Shown: positions 29,385 to 40,926 of the stretch, one piece after another
How positions within the stretch are numbered: the stretch's first letter is position 1
Layout of the letters: each line of letters opens with the position of its first letter
NCBI GenBank assembly: GCA_017561825.1
Contig: JAFZBK010000042.1
Coordinates: 10,524 to 74,523 of the forward strand
Source of the DNA: Prevotella sp.
GTDB taxonomy: Bacteria > Bacteroidota > Bacteroidia > Bacteroidales > Bacteroidaceae
Direction of reading: 5' to 3'
DNA: 64,000 nt
Made by a program: the position numbers and the translations under genes
Notes under the pieces: generated by a model
What the model saw: the letters and a program-made list of their open reading frames with translations, nothing else
What the model was told of the DNA's origin: nothing
Databases searched by the model: none

Positions 29385-30506
29385 TCATTCGTTGATGATG
29401 TGTTTCTTTCCGTTTCTAATATACAGGCCTTTCGTGGATGGTCGCCCACTGAGTTTTCTGCCATCGATAGTATACCATTCAACATCTTCCTGATGACAAA
29501 CGCGGACGATATCAGTTGTTATACCACGGTGCTCAACCAGACTCATCGTGAGACATCTCGACAGGGATGCTTGTTCCTGTGCAATCTGCAGATACACTTT
29601 TCCTGCTGGTATTACCACATCTTGTCCTACTAGATAGAAGGCAACTACACCATCGATGTTAGCAAGAGAATAGATGGTTTGGCGATTGCCAGTAACAGAT
29701 CCGTCACTCACCTTCAGCAGATTCCCTTCCACGGCACTCACCCCTTGATTGGCATAGCTCAGGTAATAGATTCCCGGAGCACCATGTAAGACAACTGGCG
29801 TATTTTTGGGAATGACATTGATACTTGAAAGGATAACCTCTTCTGTGGATGCTTGAGTCACCGTATAGGCCATCAAACCGCTGGTTACACGGAGATTTAT
29901 CTTGGCAGGTGCCACAAAGGACACATATCCTGCCCCACCCACTACAACCTGCTTGGCCTTCGTAGCCACCTTTTTATATAAACAGGTCTTGATATGATCG
30001 TTTTTCTGGGTATATACTCCGAACTTAGAATAATACGGGGAAATGAAGTAGTTTTTCCTATTGGCACAATCCACGCTCACACCATTCGACGTCGCATTGA
30101 ATGACCATTGTGCGTTCCAGTCACTCGTTGACATCACCTTACTCCGCAGATAGTTACTGCTTCCATCGTAATAGATGAACTCACTACTGCCCACATACTG
30201 AATACAATAGATATTCTCTTTCACATTCACCAACCGGAACTCGTCGGGAACCGAACTCTTATCAGGGTCGATGATGAGGTAATCACCCTTCAGGTCATCT
30301 TGCCGGATATTCATGGCCCCAAGGAAACTCCCGTTCGTCTTGCGGATGGCATGAGTACTACCTTCATCACAGATGATATACGCATCTGTCTCATTGAGTT
30401 CACTGGGCGAATAAACCTTTTGATACACCTCGTCGGCACACACAACACTGCTGCAGCACAACAATGCATACACACATAAAAGTCTGAAGATTTTCATGTC
30501 TTTCAT
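29385..30506 (-). CDS. Secreted protein with Prevotella-type T9SS C-terminal tail
   Basis: Signal peptide; IPAGKVYL; WYTIDGRKLSGRPSTKGLYIRNGKK. Confidence 0.75.
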   Translation of the reverse strand: MKDMKIFRLLCVYALLCCSSVVCADEVYQKVYSPSELNETDAYIICDEGSTHAIRKTNGSFLGAMNIRQDDLKGDYLIIDPDKSSVPDEFRLVNVKENIYCIQYVGSSEFIYYDGSSNYLRSKVMSTSDWNAQWSFNATSNGVSVDCANRKNYFISPYYSKFGVYTQKNDHIKTCLYKKVATKAKQVVVGGAGYVSFVAPAKINLRVTSGLMAYTVTQASTEEVILSSINVIPKNTPVVLHGAPGIYYLSYANQGVSAVEGNLLKVSDGSVTGNRQTIYSLANIDGVVAFYLVGQDVVIPAGKVYLQIAQEQASLSRCLTMSLVEHRGITTDIVRVCHQEDVEWYTIDGRKLSGRPSTKGLYIRNGKKHIINE

Positions 30507-30681
30507 TCTTTAGTTTAACATTAACAATCAGCGCAGCTATCTTGGAGACACTTCCTCCAAACATCAACATACGCTTTTACCAATGCAAAAGTAATAAGAA
30601 ATGATGAAACTCAGCCAAACAAACACAAGGATTTGGCTTTATTTAACAAAGCGGAGTGACATAAACGATACAACAACCAAA

Positions 30682-30743
30682 TATTCCCAACGTGGGAACA
30701 GTTTATTCCCAGCGTGGGAACGTTTTATTCCCAACGTGGGAAC
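30682..30743. repeat. Three tandem 22-bp palindromic units (TATTCCCAACGTGGGAAC)
   Basis: Units start at 30682, 30704 and 30726. Confidence 0.85.
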
Positions 30744-30750
30744 ATTCAGT

Positions 30751-30848
30751 TTTTCGTAATTTTGGCTATGCTGAACTTATAAAGCGCTCAGTAATGAAAA
30801 GAAAATCTTGTTTTTATTTTGTATTACTCTCGACTTTTCGTAATTTTG
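30751..30848 (+). repeat. Promoter-carrying structured repeat, copy F, upstream of tRNA-Leu/Val
   Basis: Exact 14-bp direct repeat TTTTCGTAATTTTG at 30751 and 30835; TTTG(30818-21)-N19-TAATTTTG. Confidence 0.8.
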
Positions 30849-30878
30849 CAGCGGCTTACGAAAAACGGGTAAGTTTAT

Positions 30879-30960
30879 GCGCCTGTGGCGGAATTGGTAG
30901 ACGCGCCAGACTTAGGATCTGGTGTTTCACGACGTGCAGGTTCGAGTCCTGTCAGGCGCA
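30879..30960 (+). tRNA. tRNA-Leu(TAG)
   Basis: GCGCCTG/CAGGCGC acceptor, loop CTTAGGA, long variable arm. Confidence 0.95.
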
Positions 30961-30969
30961 CTGGAAAAA

Positions 30970-31043
30970 GTCGGCATAGCTCAGCTGGTTAGAGTATCAC
31001 CTTGACATGGTGGGGGTCGTTGGTCCGAATCCAACTGTCGACA
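30970..31043 (+). tRNA. tRNA-Val(GAC)
   Basis: GTCGGCA/TGTCGAC acceptor, loop TTGACAT, T-loop TCCGAAT. Confidence 0.92.
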
Positions 31044-31050
31044 CAAAATA

Positions 31051-31084
31051 AAAAGAGGTGAGATTTAATTCTCACCTCTTTTCT
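31051..31084. terminator. Bidirectional terminator
   Basis: aaaagaggtgaga-tttaat-tctcacctctttt between the tRNAs and convergent asd. Confidence 0.85.
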
Positions 31085-31090
31085 TGTTTA

Positions 31091-32104
31091 TTATTTCTTT
31101 AATCCGTTTACCTTAATTAAATACTCTCCAATCTGCACGGCATTAAGTGCTGCACCCTTGCGGATCTGATCACCAGAGAGCCAGAAGGTGAGTCCGTTCT
31201 CGTCAGAGAGATCCTTGCGAATTCGTCCTACATAGACATCATCCAGTCCGGCTGTCTCTAACGGCATCGGATAAACAAGGTTAGAAGGATCGTCCTTCAA
31301 GGTTACGCCTGGAGCAGCAGCCAAGGCCTCACGAGCCTCTTCCACACTGATAGGACGCTCTGTCTCGATCCATACGCTCTCGCTATGACTGCGCAGGGAA
31401 CTCACACGGACACACATGGCCGAGCACTTGGCATCGGTATGCATGATCTTCTGTGTCTCGTTGAACATCTTCATCTCTTCCTTGGTATAGCCGTTAGGCT
31501 GGAAGACGTCAATCTGAGGAATCACGTTATAAGCCAACTGATGCGGGAATTTCTTTACGGTAACAGGCTTACCTTCTACAATCTCACTGTATTGCTGCTC
31601 TAACTCAGCCATGGCGGCAGCACCTGCACCACTGGCACTCTGATAACTGGCCACGTGGATGCGCTTGATATGTGAAAGATTCTCCAGTGGCTGCAGACAA
31701 ACCACCATCATGATGGTAGTGCAGTTGGGGTTGGCAATGATGCCACGAGGACGGTTCAATGCATCTGCGGCATTGCACTCAGGCACCACCAGAGGCACAT
31801 CATCATCCATACGGAAAGCACTGGAGTTATCAATCATCACTGCTCCGTACTTGGTAATGGTCTCTGCAAATTCCTTGGATGTGCCAGCACCTGCTGAGGT
31901 AAAGGCGATATCAATGTCCTTGAAATCGTCATTATGCTGTAACAGCTTCACCTCAATCTCCTTACCACGGAAGGTATATTTCCTACCTGCTGAACGTTCG
32001 CTACCGAACAGTACAAGCTCATCCATCGGGAAGTTACGCTGATCAAGAATACGTAGGAACTCCTGTCCTACTGCGCCACTGGCACCAACAATTGCTACTT
32101 TCAT
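31091..32104 (-). CDS. asd: Aspartate-semialdehyde dehydrogenase
   Basis: [40 protein letters not shown]. Confidence 0.96.
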   Translation of the reverse strand: MKVAIVGASGAVGQEFLRILDQRNFPMDELVLFGSERSAGRKYTFRGKEIEVKLLQHNDDFKDIDIAFTSAGAGTSKEFAETITKYGAVMIDNSSAFRMDDDVPLVVPECNAADALNRPRGIIANPNCTTIMMVVCLQPLENLSHIKRIHVASYQSASGAGAAAMAELEQQYSEIVEGKPVTVKKFPHQLAYNVIPQIDVFQPNGYTKEEMKMFNETQKIMHTDAKCSAMCVRVSSLRSHSESVWIETERPISVEEAREALAAAPGVTLKDDPSNLVYPMPLETAGLDDVYVGRIRKDLSDENGLTFWLSGDQIRKGAALNAVQIGEYLIKVNGLKK

Positions 32105-32197
32105 ATTTTCTGCCTTTTATGTTTTGGCTACAAAATTACAACTTTTCGGGCGATTATACGCAGAATTGAATGGAAAATTCGTAATTTTGCACTCAGA

Positions 32198-34339
32198 ATG
32201 ATAAACTTTACCTCATATTTCCCCATTACCGACAGTACATGGATCTTTTTCATCGTACTGCTAATCATCCTCTTTGCGCCGATGATTATGAGTAAGCTGC
32301 GCATTCCGCACATCATCGGAATGGTGCTGGCAGGTGTCGTAGTGGGAAAATATGGCTTGAACATTCTACAGCGTGACGGCTCTTTTGAGTTGTTCGGTCA
32401 GGTTGGTCTTTACTATATTATGTTCCTGGCAGGACTGGAGATGGATCTGGATGGTATGAAGAAACACATGAAGCGGATGATCATCTTCGGTCTGCTTACC
32501 TTCCTGATGCCCTTCATCCTGGTGTATTTCGCAGGAATATACATGATGAACTACTCCAAGGAAGCCACATTACTGCTCTGCTGCATCATGGCTTCTAACA
32601 CCCTGATTGCCTACCCGATTGTCTGCAAATACGGTCTGCAACGCCATAAGGCGGTAAGTCTGAGCGTGGGTGCAAGTATGATTGCACTGCTGTTGGCACT
32701 GCTGTCACTGTCATTGTTTGTGGGAGTTATCGAGAAGTATCAACAGGGTAAAGGACTCGGTAGCGTGGCAGTACTCGTGGTATGGATACTGGTCAAACTG
32801 TTTCTTTACTGTGCAGCTACCACATTTGTCATCCCCAGAATCACCCGCTGGTTTCTGCGAAGGAATGCAGATGCTGTAACGCAGTTCATCTTTGTGCTGG
32901 CTATCCTGTTCCTGAATGCAGCAATGACATCACTTATCGGTTTGGAAGGAGTGTTCGGTGCTTTCTTCGCAGGACTGCTTCTGAACCGCTATATACCGCG
33001 TGTGTCGCCGTTGATGGCAAGGATTGAGTTCATTGGTAATGCCATCTTCATTCCATATTTCTTGATAGGTGTGGGTATGCTCATCAATATCAGGGCACTG
33101 TTTGAGAGCTGGCATACGGCCTATATCGTGGCTTGCATGGTAGTAATCGGTACGGTGGGCAAGATGATTGCCGGTTATGTGGCGGGCATTGGCTTCCGAC
33201 TGCCATTATCCCATGGACACATGATGTTCGGTTTGACCTCGGCTCATGCCGCTGGTTCTATCGCCATCGTTATGGTAGGTATGAAACTCATGGTGGAAGG
33301 ACAGACAATGGTGGATGCGGAGATGCTGAATGGTGTGGTAATGATGATCCTGTTTACCTGTGTGATCTCCTCCATTGTCACTGAGAAAGCCTCGCAGCAG
33401 ATCGTTCTTGAAGACACGCCTGTGAATGAAGAGAAGTCTGGTGATGACGAGAAGATTCTGCTGGCAATCAAGAACCACGAAAACATGGAGACGCTGGTGA
33501 ACCTAGCCATCCTAATGAGGAACGAACGATTGAACCGCGGAATAATCAGTCTGAATGTCGTGTTAGATGACAAGAATACTACCAAGAACCAGAATCAGGG
33601 AAAGGTGCTGTTGGAGCAGGCCACGAAAGCAGCAGCTGCAGCAGATGTGAGGATGCAGACGCAGAGTCGTATCGCCACGAATATCGCCAACGGCATCATG
33701 CACGCCTTCAAGGAGTTTGATGCCAGTGAGGTAATCTTAGGGATGCATGAGCAGACATGTGAATCGGACAGTTTCTGGGGGATGTTCACAGAGGATCTGT
33801 TTACGGAACTAAACAGACAGATCATCATCGTTAAACTGGCACAACCTCTCAACACCATACGAAGGATACAGGTGGCTGTGCCGAGTCGTGCTGAGTTCGA
33901 ACCAGGATTCCACCGATGGATCGATCGCCTAGCTCGCGTAGCAGAGAACCTTGAATGTCGAATTCAGTTCCACAGCAAGTCATCCACCCTATCGCTCATC
34001 AGTCAGTATATCCAGAACGTCTATCCTGATATCAGAGCCGACTACCAACAGATGGCCCATTGGAACGAGTTCCCGCAACTGGTGCAACAGGTGAACGATG
34101 ATCATCTGCTAGTGGTGCTGACAGCACGTAAGGGAACGGTTTCTTATAAGCCCGTGTTCGAGAAGATGCCGCAGGAACTGAAACAACACTACCATCAACA
34201 GAACTTGATGATTATCTTCCCGGATCAGTATGGGGAGGCAATGGATACGATGTCGTTCGCTGCTCCACAGAAACACGAACAACTCAGCGCCTATACACAA
34301 TTGCGCGACTGGTTTACAAAGAAAAAGATAAAGCATTAG
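32198..34339 (+). CDS. Cation:proton antiporter (CPA2) with C-terminal USP-like domains
   Basis: Multi-TM N-terminal half ([19 protein letters not shown]), soluble C-terminal half. Confidence 0.85.
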   Translation: MINFTSYFPITDSTWIFFIVLLIILFAPMIMSKLRIPHIIGMVLAGVVVGKYGLNILQRDGSFELFGQVGLYYIMFLAGLEMDLDGMKKHMKRMIIFGLLTFLMPFILVYFAGIYMMNYSKEATLLLCCIMASNTLIAYPIVCKYGLQRHKAVSLSVGASMIALLLALLSLSLFVGVIEKYQQGKGLGSVAVLVVWILVKLFLYCAATTFVIPRITRWFLRRNADAVTQFIFVLAILFLNAAMTSLIGLEGVFGAFFAGLLLNRYIPRVSPLMARIEFIGNAIFIPYFLIGVGMLINIRALFESWHTAYIVACMVVIGTVGKMIAGYVAGIGFRLPLSHGHMMFGLTSAHAAGSIAIVMVGMKLMVEGQTMVDAEMLNGVVMMILFTCVISSIVTEKASQQIVLEDTPVNEEKSGDDEKILLAIKNHENMETLVNLAILMRNERLNRGIISLNVVLDDKNTTKNQNQGKVLLEQATKAAAAADVRMQTQSRIATNIANGIMHAFKEFDASEVILGMHEQTCESDSFWGMFTEDLFTELNRQIIIVKLAQPLNTIRRIQVAVPSRAEFEPGFHRWIDRLARVAENLECRIQFHSKSSTLSLISQYIQNVYPDIRADYQQMAHWNEFPQLVQQVNDDHLLVVLTARKGTVSYKPVFEKMPQELKQHYHQQNLMIIFPDQYGEAMDTMSFAAPQKHEQLSAYTQLRDWFTKKKIKH

Positions 34340-34343
34340 TATT

Positions 34344-35006
34344 ATGATAGATATTAAAGATGTAACAAAGAGTTTTGGGAATCTGAAGGTGCTCAAAGGA
34401 ATCACCCTCCATATCGACAAAGGAGAGGTGGTAAGCATTGTCGGTCCCAGCGGTGCAGGAAAAACTACGCTCCTGCAAATCATTGGCACATTAGACAAGG
34501 CCGACAGCGGTGAGATACGTATCGATGGCAAGGAAATCAGCAGCATGAGTAAAAAACGCTTATCGGATTTCCGTAATACACATATCGGCTTCGTGTTCCA
34601 GTTCCATCAGCTCCTTCCAGAGTTCACGGCATTGGAGAACATCATGATTCCTGCTTATATAGCAGGGAAGAGTAGAAGCGAAGCGAAGAAACGTGCCATG
34701 GAATTGCTGCAGTTCATGGGACTGACAGATCGTGCCTCACATAAGCCCAATGAACTGTCTGGCGGAGAAAAACAACGTGTCGCAGTAGCAAGAGCATTAA
34801 TAAATAACCCCGCAGTCATCCTTGCAGACGAACCTAGCGGAAGCTTAGACTCCAAGAACAAAGCGGAACTACATCAATTGTTCTTTGATCTTCGCGACAA
34901 GTTCGGACAAACCTTCGTAATCGTTACGCACGATGAAGAACTCGCCAGCATCACCGACAGAACCATCCACCTTCGAGATGGCGTTATCATAGATCCAACA
35001 GAATAA
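34344..35006 (+). CDS. ABC transporter ATP-binding protein, LolD-like
   Basis: [51 protein letters not shown]. Confidence 0.9.
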   Translation: MIDIKDVTKSFGNLKVLKGITLHIDKGEVVSIVGPSGAGKTTLLQIIGTLDKADSGEIRIDGKEISSMSKKRLSDFRNTHIGFVFQFHQLLPEFTALENIMIPAYIAGKSRSEAKKRAMELLQFMGLTDRASHKPNELSGGEKQRVAVARALINNPAVILADEPSGSLDSKNKAELHQLFFDLRDKFGQTFVIVTHDEELASITDRTIHLRDGVIIDPTE

Positions 35007-35009
35007 AAG

Positions 35010-35050
35010 CTAGTAAAACTAGTAACTCTTGTTAAACTAGTAATAATAGC
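35010..35050 (+). repeat. 9-bp degenerate tandem repeat (CTAGTAAAA)
   Basis: ctagtaaaa ctagtaact cttgttaaa ctagtaata atag. Confidence 0.6.
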
Positions 35051-35127
35051 CATTTCTATAAAGAAAGAAGGAGCATCACAATAGCGATGCCCCTTCTTTT
35101 TGGATAATTTATTTATTAGTCCTCTGA

Positions 35128-36267
35128 TTACTCGGGATTAGCAATACAGATAGATACACGGTTCAGGTCATTCTCAGCGAACGGCTGAACAGTGTCACCA
35201 TAGCTATCGTAGGTAATACGATCAGCAGAGATACCGTACTTCTCAATCAGGTCACGAACAACAACGTCGGCACGACCAGCAGCCAGACGAGCGTTGATCT
35301 GAGCGTTACCTGTACCCTTGTCAGCATAACCGCTAACAGTTACCTTAGCCTTCGGATACTTCTTCATGTAGTCAGCGATATCCTTGATCTTAGCCTGCTC
35401 AATGTCAGCAACAACGATAGAGTTGATGGTGAAGAAGATGTCACGACGGATCGGCTCAATCTTCTTGGGCTCCTCGATGAACTTCCAAACGGTGTCATTG
35501 TGAACAACATCACGATAAACATCGGTGTATATAGCCTTGCGACTCTTGCCAAGGTTGATGCGGAGACCAGCCAGTGCATTGAAGTACCAGTCAGGATTGT
35601 CAGCATGCTTTGAGTTGTAGTGGTCATTAATGATATTGGCATTACCCTCTAACATCAGACTGATTGCGTCGCTCAAACGGAAGTTGAACTCAAGACCGCC
35701 ACGTCCAATAGGACTCAAAGAGTTAGCACTGTAGATGTGCTGCATTACATAACCAGACTTTACAAGATTCTCAGCATCTTCATTGTCTGTAACAATGTTA
35801 GCACCAGCGCCCAAGAATGCGGTTACATTGAGGACACGATCCGGATTCCAACCACAGAACAAGTTGCTCAGGTTGAACATGAAGTCGATACCAGGAGCAA
35901 AGTACTTGATATCATAAGTAGTATTCTCAATTCTTCTGTCATTGAGAATGTAGGTCTTCCAACCACCCTTGCTGGTAAGACCGTTTGCAGCAATACGAGC
36001 AGCAAATACAGGAGTGAACTGATAACCTAAGCCAATCTGGAAGTTAGGAGCGATCAGATCCTTGAACATTGCCTCACCGAGAGTATACTGTGCACCACCC
36101 TGAAGATCCAGGAATGCATGGCTCTTGAACTGATAGGATACATCCTGACGGTCAAGAACCTTCTCTACACGCTGGTCAACACGGTCAACCACCTTACGAG
36201 TCTGAGCCATTGCAGTTGTGCTGGCTGTCAGCAAAGCAACTGCCAAAAGTGTTCTGAATAATTTCAT
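35128..36267 (-). CDS. OmpA family outer membrane protein
   Basis: Signal peptide, beta-barrel, C-terminal GYADKGTGNAQINARLAAGRA..NRVSI. Confidence 0.9.
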   Translation of the reverse strand: MKLFRTLLAVALLTASTTAMAQTRKVVDRVDQRVEKVLDRQDVSYQFKSHAFLDLQGGAQYTLGEAMFKDLIAPNFQIGLGYQFTPVFAARIAANGLTSKGGWKTYILNDRRIENTTYDIKYFAPGIDFMFNLSNLFCGWNPDRVLNVTAFLGAGANIVTDNEDAENLVKSGYVMQHIYSANSLSPIGRGGLEFNFRLSDAISLMLEGNANIINDHYNSKHADNPDWYFNALAGLRINLGKSRKAIYTDVYRDVVHNDTVWKFIEEPKKIEPIRRDIFFTINSIVVADIEQAKIKDIADYMKKYPKAKVTVSGYADKGTGNAQINARLAAGRADVVVRDLIEKYGISADRITYDSYGDTVQPFAENDLNRVSICIANPE

Positions 36268-36278
36268 AGACTATAAAT

Positions 36279-36800
36279 TTAGTTTTTAATTAAAGTTCCG
36301 TGGGTTCCAATCTTGTCGGTCATCGTATCAGCCATTGTCAGATACCAACGACCATCGACGCGAACAGGTTTGAGAAAGAATTGTGCCGTGTTGGGGCGTG
36401 GATCACCTTTCTGTTTCTCGAAAAGGGTCACCACATAGCAGGCTATATTGTCATACTCTTGCGAATAGACAATGCGCTGAAGCTCGTATCTGACGCCACG
36501 GAAACGCTTGATCATTGCAAGCTGCCTCTGCTTCAACTCCTTCGGCATGGGAATGATTTTCGGACCATTCATATAGTAGAGCATATCTACAGCGTCATCG
36601 AACTGATTATCGCGCAATAACTGCAGGTAGTTATCTACCAAAGCTCTTACCTCTGTAGAGTCAGACTGTGTCAGAGAAATAGCCGGCTTCGTAAGATACT
36701 CCTCACGATACTCATCGAGCGTTTTCTTCTTCTTACCACATGAACAGACCATGCAAAGAGCAAGTACCATCAGAATGGTGAAAAACAGATTCTTCTTCAT
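36279..36800 (-). CDS. Hypothetical lipoprotein (NTF2-like fold possible)
   Basis: VCSC lipobox; KPVRVDGRWYL. Confidence 0.65.
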   Translation of the reverse strand: MKKNLFFTILMVLALCMVCSCGKKKKTLDEYREEYLTKPAISLTQSDSTEVRALVDNYLQLLRDNQFDDAVDMLYYMNGPKIIPMPKELKQRQLAMIKRFRGVRYELQRIVYSQEYDNIACYVVTLFEKQKGDPRPNTAQFFLKPVRVDGRWYLTMADTMTDKIGTHGTLIKN

Positions 36801-36816
36801 TTCAATTGTTTTTGTT

Positions 36817-36847
36817 AAAAAGGGGTGCCAAAGATTGACACCCCTTT
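36817..36847 (-). terminator. Terminator/attenuator after the large lipoprotein gene
   Basis: aaaaaggggtg-ccaaagattga-cacccctt; U-tract on the minus strand. Confidence 0.7.
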
Positions 36848-36879
36848 GAATGTATCTAATAGATGTTATCTATCGATGA

Positions 36880-39800
36880 TTAGTACTTCTTTGCAGAAGC
36901 ATCAGTACCAACAGTCTTCTTAACCTTGATGCTAGCCCATACCTTGAAGGTAGTAGAAGCCTTGTGACCCCATCCGTAGTAAACAGAGATCGGAACGAAG
37001 ATGTGGAACTCCTGAACGTTACCACCATTGTTGGTGTACTCAAGAACTGTCTGCGGAGCCTGATTACCAATAAGCTTAGCACCGTTGAAAGTCTTCAGTG
37101 TATTATCGAGTGGCTTAACCTTCAGATACGGATCCTTCAGTGAAGGAATCTCAGTAACCTTGTTCAGTGAGAAGTTCTTGATGATTGAAGGAATAGTCTG
37201 CTTGTCGTTCAGTGCAGCCTCGATAGCATCACGATCGCTCTTCTCCTTAGCGTGGTCAGTGCAAATGTTATTATAATCGATGCTAATCTGTTCGATATTG
37301 TAGTAATCCCATCCAATCTCACCTTCCTTGAAGGTATAGTTTGTATTGTTACCATCCTTCCAGTCAACGTCGAGCTTGATGGTGTAGTCACGCCAATCCT
37401 TAGCCACGAGCAGATCGATCGGGTTCAGAGTCTGAACGGCATTGAATGCATCGTCCCACTCATAGTTCTTACCCCAAACGTTAATCGGGCGGAGGAACTT
37501 AGCATTGAAGTAACGATCCTTCAGCAAGAGCTCATAGCAATCGTCGTTGGTCTTGATCAACAGGTAAGCTGTGAAGCTCTCCTTGTTTACACCATTCTCA
37601 AGATAGAACGGTGTGCTCTCGCCTTCTTTAGCCTTGTTGTTACCGAAGTCATCGTAGCGACCAGCATGGTTCAGAATGTCATTAGCGCAGTCTGCGTCAA
37701 TCATGCGGATGTACGGCTGACCGTCCTTATCGGCGATGACAGCAATCTCATCATTGTGCTGGTCGAGGATAGCCTTCTTGTCAGCACTCAGATGGAGTGA
37801 GTACTTAGCACCAGAATAACCAAATACGTCCCAAGAACCATTTACATGACTGAACTCAGCATTTACACCCTGAACAGGAAGTGTGAACTCGAAGTCGATG
37901 TTCTTGTTGTTCGTGTAGTCATACTTGTTGAAATTCTTCTCCTTACCGCCCATGTTCACTGAAACGATACCGTTGAGGAAGTTCTCATAGAGAGGACGCT
38001 CGAATTCGATGCTGTTCGGGCAACCTACACCAAGGTTCTTCATTCCATTCTCAGCAGGTGTCGGAACATTCTCGAGAATGTCGATAGCAGTACCTTCCTT
38101 CTCAGAACCATGCTTGTAGCTGTTCAGAGCATACCAGTGAGAGAGGTCTTTCTTCTCAACCTTACCATAAGCGAAGTGTACCTGAGGAGCAGGAATATTC
38201 AGTGTTACATAGATTGCTGACATATCCTTGTACTTCTCATCGATGCCCTTCTTCACGAAGCGGATAGTTGTAGAAAGCTGGTTAGGTGCAATACCGTCAC
38301 CTTCGCTCTCCAACAAGGCAGCACGTGCAGCATCAGCATTTGCCTGACCAGTGATAGCCTTAGCAATTGATGCATAGTCTGTACCAATAGCCCACAGAAT
38401 CACGTTAGTCTGCTTGTCCTTCGGATCGTCGATTGTAATCTTGGTATACTCAACATCACCCAGAGGATTAGCGTCGATCTTCCACTGACCACCAGCATTA
38501 ACGAAACGCTGTGCGTATGTAGCGTCCTTCAGATCAATCTCATACTCATCCTCGAACTGCTTCTTGGTGTAACCGTTCTCGCCAAGGATAGAGAGAATTG
38601 ACTCCTCAACCTGTGACCACTTAATGCCACCCTTAGCAGTACAGTTCATCCAATAGTCGTCCTCGATAGTCAAAGCAACCGGCTCAACCATATAGTTATC
38701 GGTAATCAACAACTTGATGTAACCAACCTCAAGAACCTGATTCTGCGGATCAACAATCTCAACCTTGATCAACGGTTCACGATCGATGGCCTCACGAGTT
38801 GCAACCTTATCCAAGATAGTAGAATAGCTCTTACCTTCCTTGTCGTACTTCACTGAGCGCGGAGTCAGGATAACCTCATCGTAACCGAAGTCAGCAGCAG
38901 AATTCTCAACAGCATCAATAGTGATGTGACGAGACTCACCTGTCTCATGGTTACCGTCCTCATAGTCAACTACTGAGAAGACATACTTCAGACCCAACTT
39001 CTTGAAGGTCTCAGCATCCATTCTCTGATCGTAGCTAGACCAGATGCTGTTAACACCGATATAGGTGAAATGTGTCTCAACGAATGGGAGGATATCCAAA
39101 GTCTTGTTGTAAGGAATTGAGTGGGTGAAGTCCTTGTCAATTGCCTGCTCAGCATACTTGAACATATGACCAGCATTGTCATTCTTCTTGGTATACCAAG
39201 CAACGTCAGAATACTTATCATAATTACACTTCAAGACAGGATTCTCCGGTCCATTATCAGCGATAGCTTGGATGTGCAGAAGAGCGGGAACAACAGCAGC
39301 ATAGTCAGAAGTGATTGTAGCAGTGTCACCCTTGGTCATCTGAAGTGCGATGAAGTTCACAGAGTCTCTTACGATAGCAACCTTAGACTTCTTACCCTGG
39401 TTGAAAGCAGCACCGTCGAAGTAGTAAACCAGATCCTCAACATAGTTCTCCCAATCCTTGATTCTGAAGGGAACCTCCAACAGACCATTGTTAACAGTAT
39501 ACTTAGCACCGTCAGACTCGATAGGAGCTGCGAAACTCTCTGCCATACTGTTCAGGTAACCAGTGTTACGAGACTCAACCTCGTCAACAACGGTAGCTGT
39601 ATTGGTATAGAAGCTCAGCTTATAGTCATCAAGCTTCACTGTAGTCGGGTTAACATGATAGGTAGCAATTGCATTAGGAACGAGCTTAGCAGTTCTCAGA
39701 GCGTTGAACTTCTCAACAACACTGCGGAAGATAGGCAGCATAGTGCCTTCACCATCAGGACCAGCAGGGTTGTAACCCTCACCCCTATAGTCATAGCCGC

Positions 39801-40836
39801 TATAGTCATCACTCCAAGTAAAGCCATCTTCCCAAGTAGGAATTGTAGCAGAAGGAGCATTAGCACCGTCGTCGAAACGCCAGTCAAGTCCTTCGAGTCT
39901 CTTACCACTCTTGTCGATATAGTAGTAAGCCTGCTGCTTGCCCTCACCCTTACAGTAGATAACCGGCTGATAATACAGAGCAGGAACCTCAATTGTTGCG
40001 AGACCAGCCGCATAACAACTTGGCTTCAAAATAATAGATGCCAAAGTCTTGTCAATCAGATACTGAATGATATTGATATCGGGACCAGCTTCCTTATTGA
40101 TCAATTCATCAGCCTTAGCAATTAGATCCTTCAATGTCTTAACGTCAGCATCAGTCAAAGCATCTGCAGGATATGAAGTTTCAACGATTTCCTTCATATC
40201 TTCGATTTTCTTCAACAGTTCAACCAACTTGTCAGGATCGATGTTCTCTTTCTCGAGAGCTTCCTTATAAAGGTTCAAAGCATCGAGCTGATTCTGCAAC
40301 TGCTGTGCAGCGGTGGCAACTTTATTATCGACGTACTCAATTGTTGCATATTTTGCAAGAGTTTCATCGATAGCATTAACCTTCTTCATCAGTTCAGCCA
40401 GACCATCTGCAGTAATGCCCTTATCCTGAAGTGACTTGATATAATCAAGTGCATCCTTGATAGCCTCAGCTTTCACATAATTAGCAAGCTCTGCCTGAAG
40501 TGCCTGCAGCGTAACATAAGCTTCCAGATCAGACTGCTTTACGTAGCCTTCCAAAGAAGGAATGTCAGTCAGTTTTGCATAGCCATCCAGTGAAGGAATG
40601 TCAGACAGTTTTGCATAGCCTGCCAAGCTCTGGTGCTCGGTCAGGAACTTAGCGTGCTCTGCCTGGCATCTAGCCTGGCATTCTGCCAACTGCTTTTGAA
40701 GTTCGGCTCTCAGGGCTTCGATATTGGCAGCATTCTTGCTAATGTCGTCATCGTAGTCCTTACAAGAAACGAACATGCTCGTAGAAGCCAATGCGAAGGC
40801 CACTAAGAGCAGCGTACTAAAAATTTTCTTTTTCAT
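36880..40836 (-). CDS. Very large surface lipoprotein (1318 aa), S-layer/adhesin-like
   Basis: FVSC lipobox followed by KDYDDD, coiled coil, 12-aa repeats, beta-rich body; strongly biased codon usage. Confidence 0.75.
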   Translation of the reverse strand: MKKKIFSTLLLVAFALASTSMFVSCKDYDDDISKNAANIEALRAELQKQLAECQARCQAEHAKFLTEHQSLAGYAKLSDIPSLDGYAKLTDIPSLEGYVKQSDLEAYVTLQALQAELANYVKAEAIKDALDYIKSLQDKGITADGLAELMKKVNAIDETLAKYATIEYVDNKVATAAQQLQNQLDALNLYKEALEKENIDPDKLVELLKKIEDMKEIVETSYPADALTDADVKTLKDLIAKADELINKEAGPDINIIQYLIDKTLASIILKPSCYAAGLATIEVPALYYQPVIYCKGEGKQQAYYYIDKSGKRLEGLDWRFDDGANAPSATIPTWEDGFTWSDDYSGYDYRGEGYNPAGPDGEGTMLPIFRSVVEKFNALRTAKLVPNAIATYHVNPTTVKLDDYKLSFYTNTATVVDEVESRNTGYLNSMAESFAAPIESDGAKYTVNNGLLEVPFRIKDWENYVEDLVYYFDGAAFNQGKKSKVAIVRDSVNFIALQMTKGDTATITSDYAAVVPALLHIQAIADNGPENPVLKCNYDKYSDVAWYTKKNDNAGHMFKYAEQAIDKDFTHSIPYNKTLDILPFVETHFTYIGVNSIWSSYDQRMDAETFKKLGLKYVFSVVDYEDGNHETGESRHITIDAVENSAADFGYDEVILTPRSVKYDKEGKSYSTILDKVATREAIDREPLIKVEIVDPQNQVLEVGYIKLLITDNYMVEPVALTIEDDYWMNCTAKGGIKWSQVEESILSILGENGYTKKQFEDEYEIDLKDATYAQRFVNAGGQWKIDANPLGDVEYTKITIDDPKDKQTNVILWAIGTDYASIAKAITGQANADAARAALLESEGDGIAPNQLSTTIRFVKKGIDEKYKDMSAIYVTLNIPAPQVHFAYGKVEKKDLSHWYALNSYKHGSEKEGTAIDILENVPTPAENGMKNLGVGCPNSIEFERPLYENFLNGIVSVNMGGKEKNFNKYDYTNNKNIDFEFTLPVQGVNAEFSHVNGSWDVFGYSGAKYSLHLSADKKAILDQHNDEIAVIADKDGQPYIRMIDADCANDILNHAGRYDDFGNNKAKEGESTPFYLENGVNKESFTAYLLIKTNDDCYELLLKDRYFNAKFLRPINVWGKNYEWDDAFNAVQTLNPIDLLVAKDWRDYTIKLDVDWKDGNNTNYTFKEGEIGWDYYNIEQISIDYNNICTDHAKEKSDRDAIEAALNDKQTIPSIIKNFSLNKVTEIPSLKDPYLKVKPLDNTLKTFNGAKLIGNQAPQTVLEYTNNGGNVQEFHIFVPISVYYGWGHKASTTFKVWASIKVKKTVGTDASAKKY

Positions 40837-40926
40837 TAGACTAAAAAATTAAATTAAACTAAATATATACTTTATGCTAAATTCTCTCAACGAGTCACAC
40901 CTCTCCAGTGGAAAGATGCCAATAAT

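Noticed and set aside
30682-30743. Possible mini-CRISPR (also 47957-48032)
   Set aside because: The units are contiguous with only ~3-7 nt between palindromes, and there are no unique spacers or cas genes.
35006-35128. Replication terminus suggested by the switch from mostly + to all - genes
   Set aside because: No convincing dif (XerD arm TTATGTTAAAT) site was found, and GC skew could not be computed.
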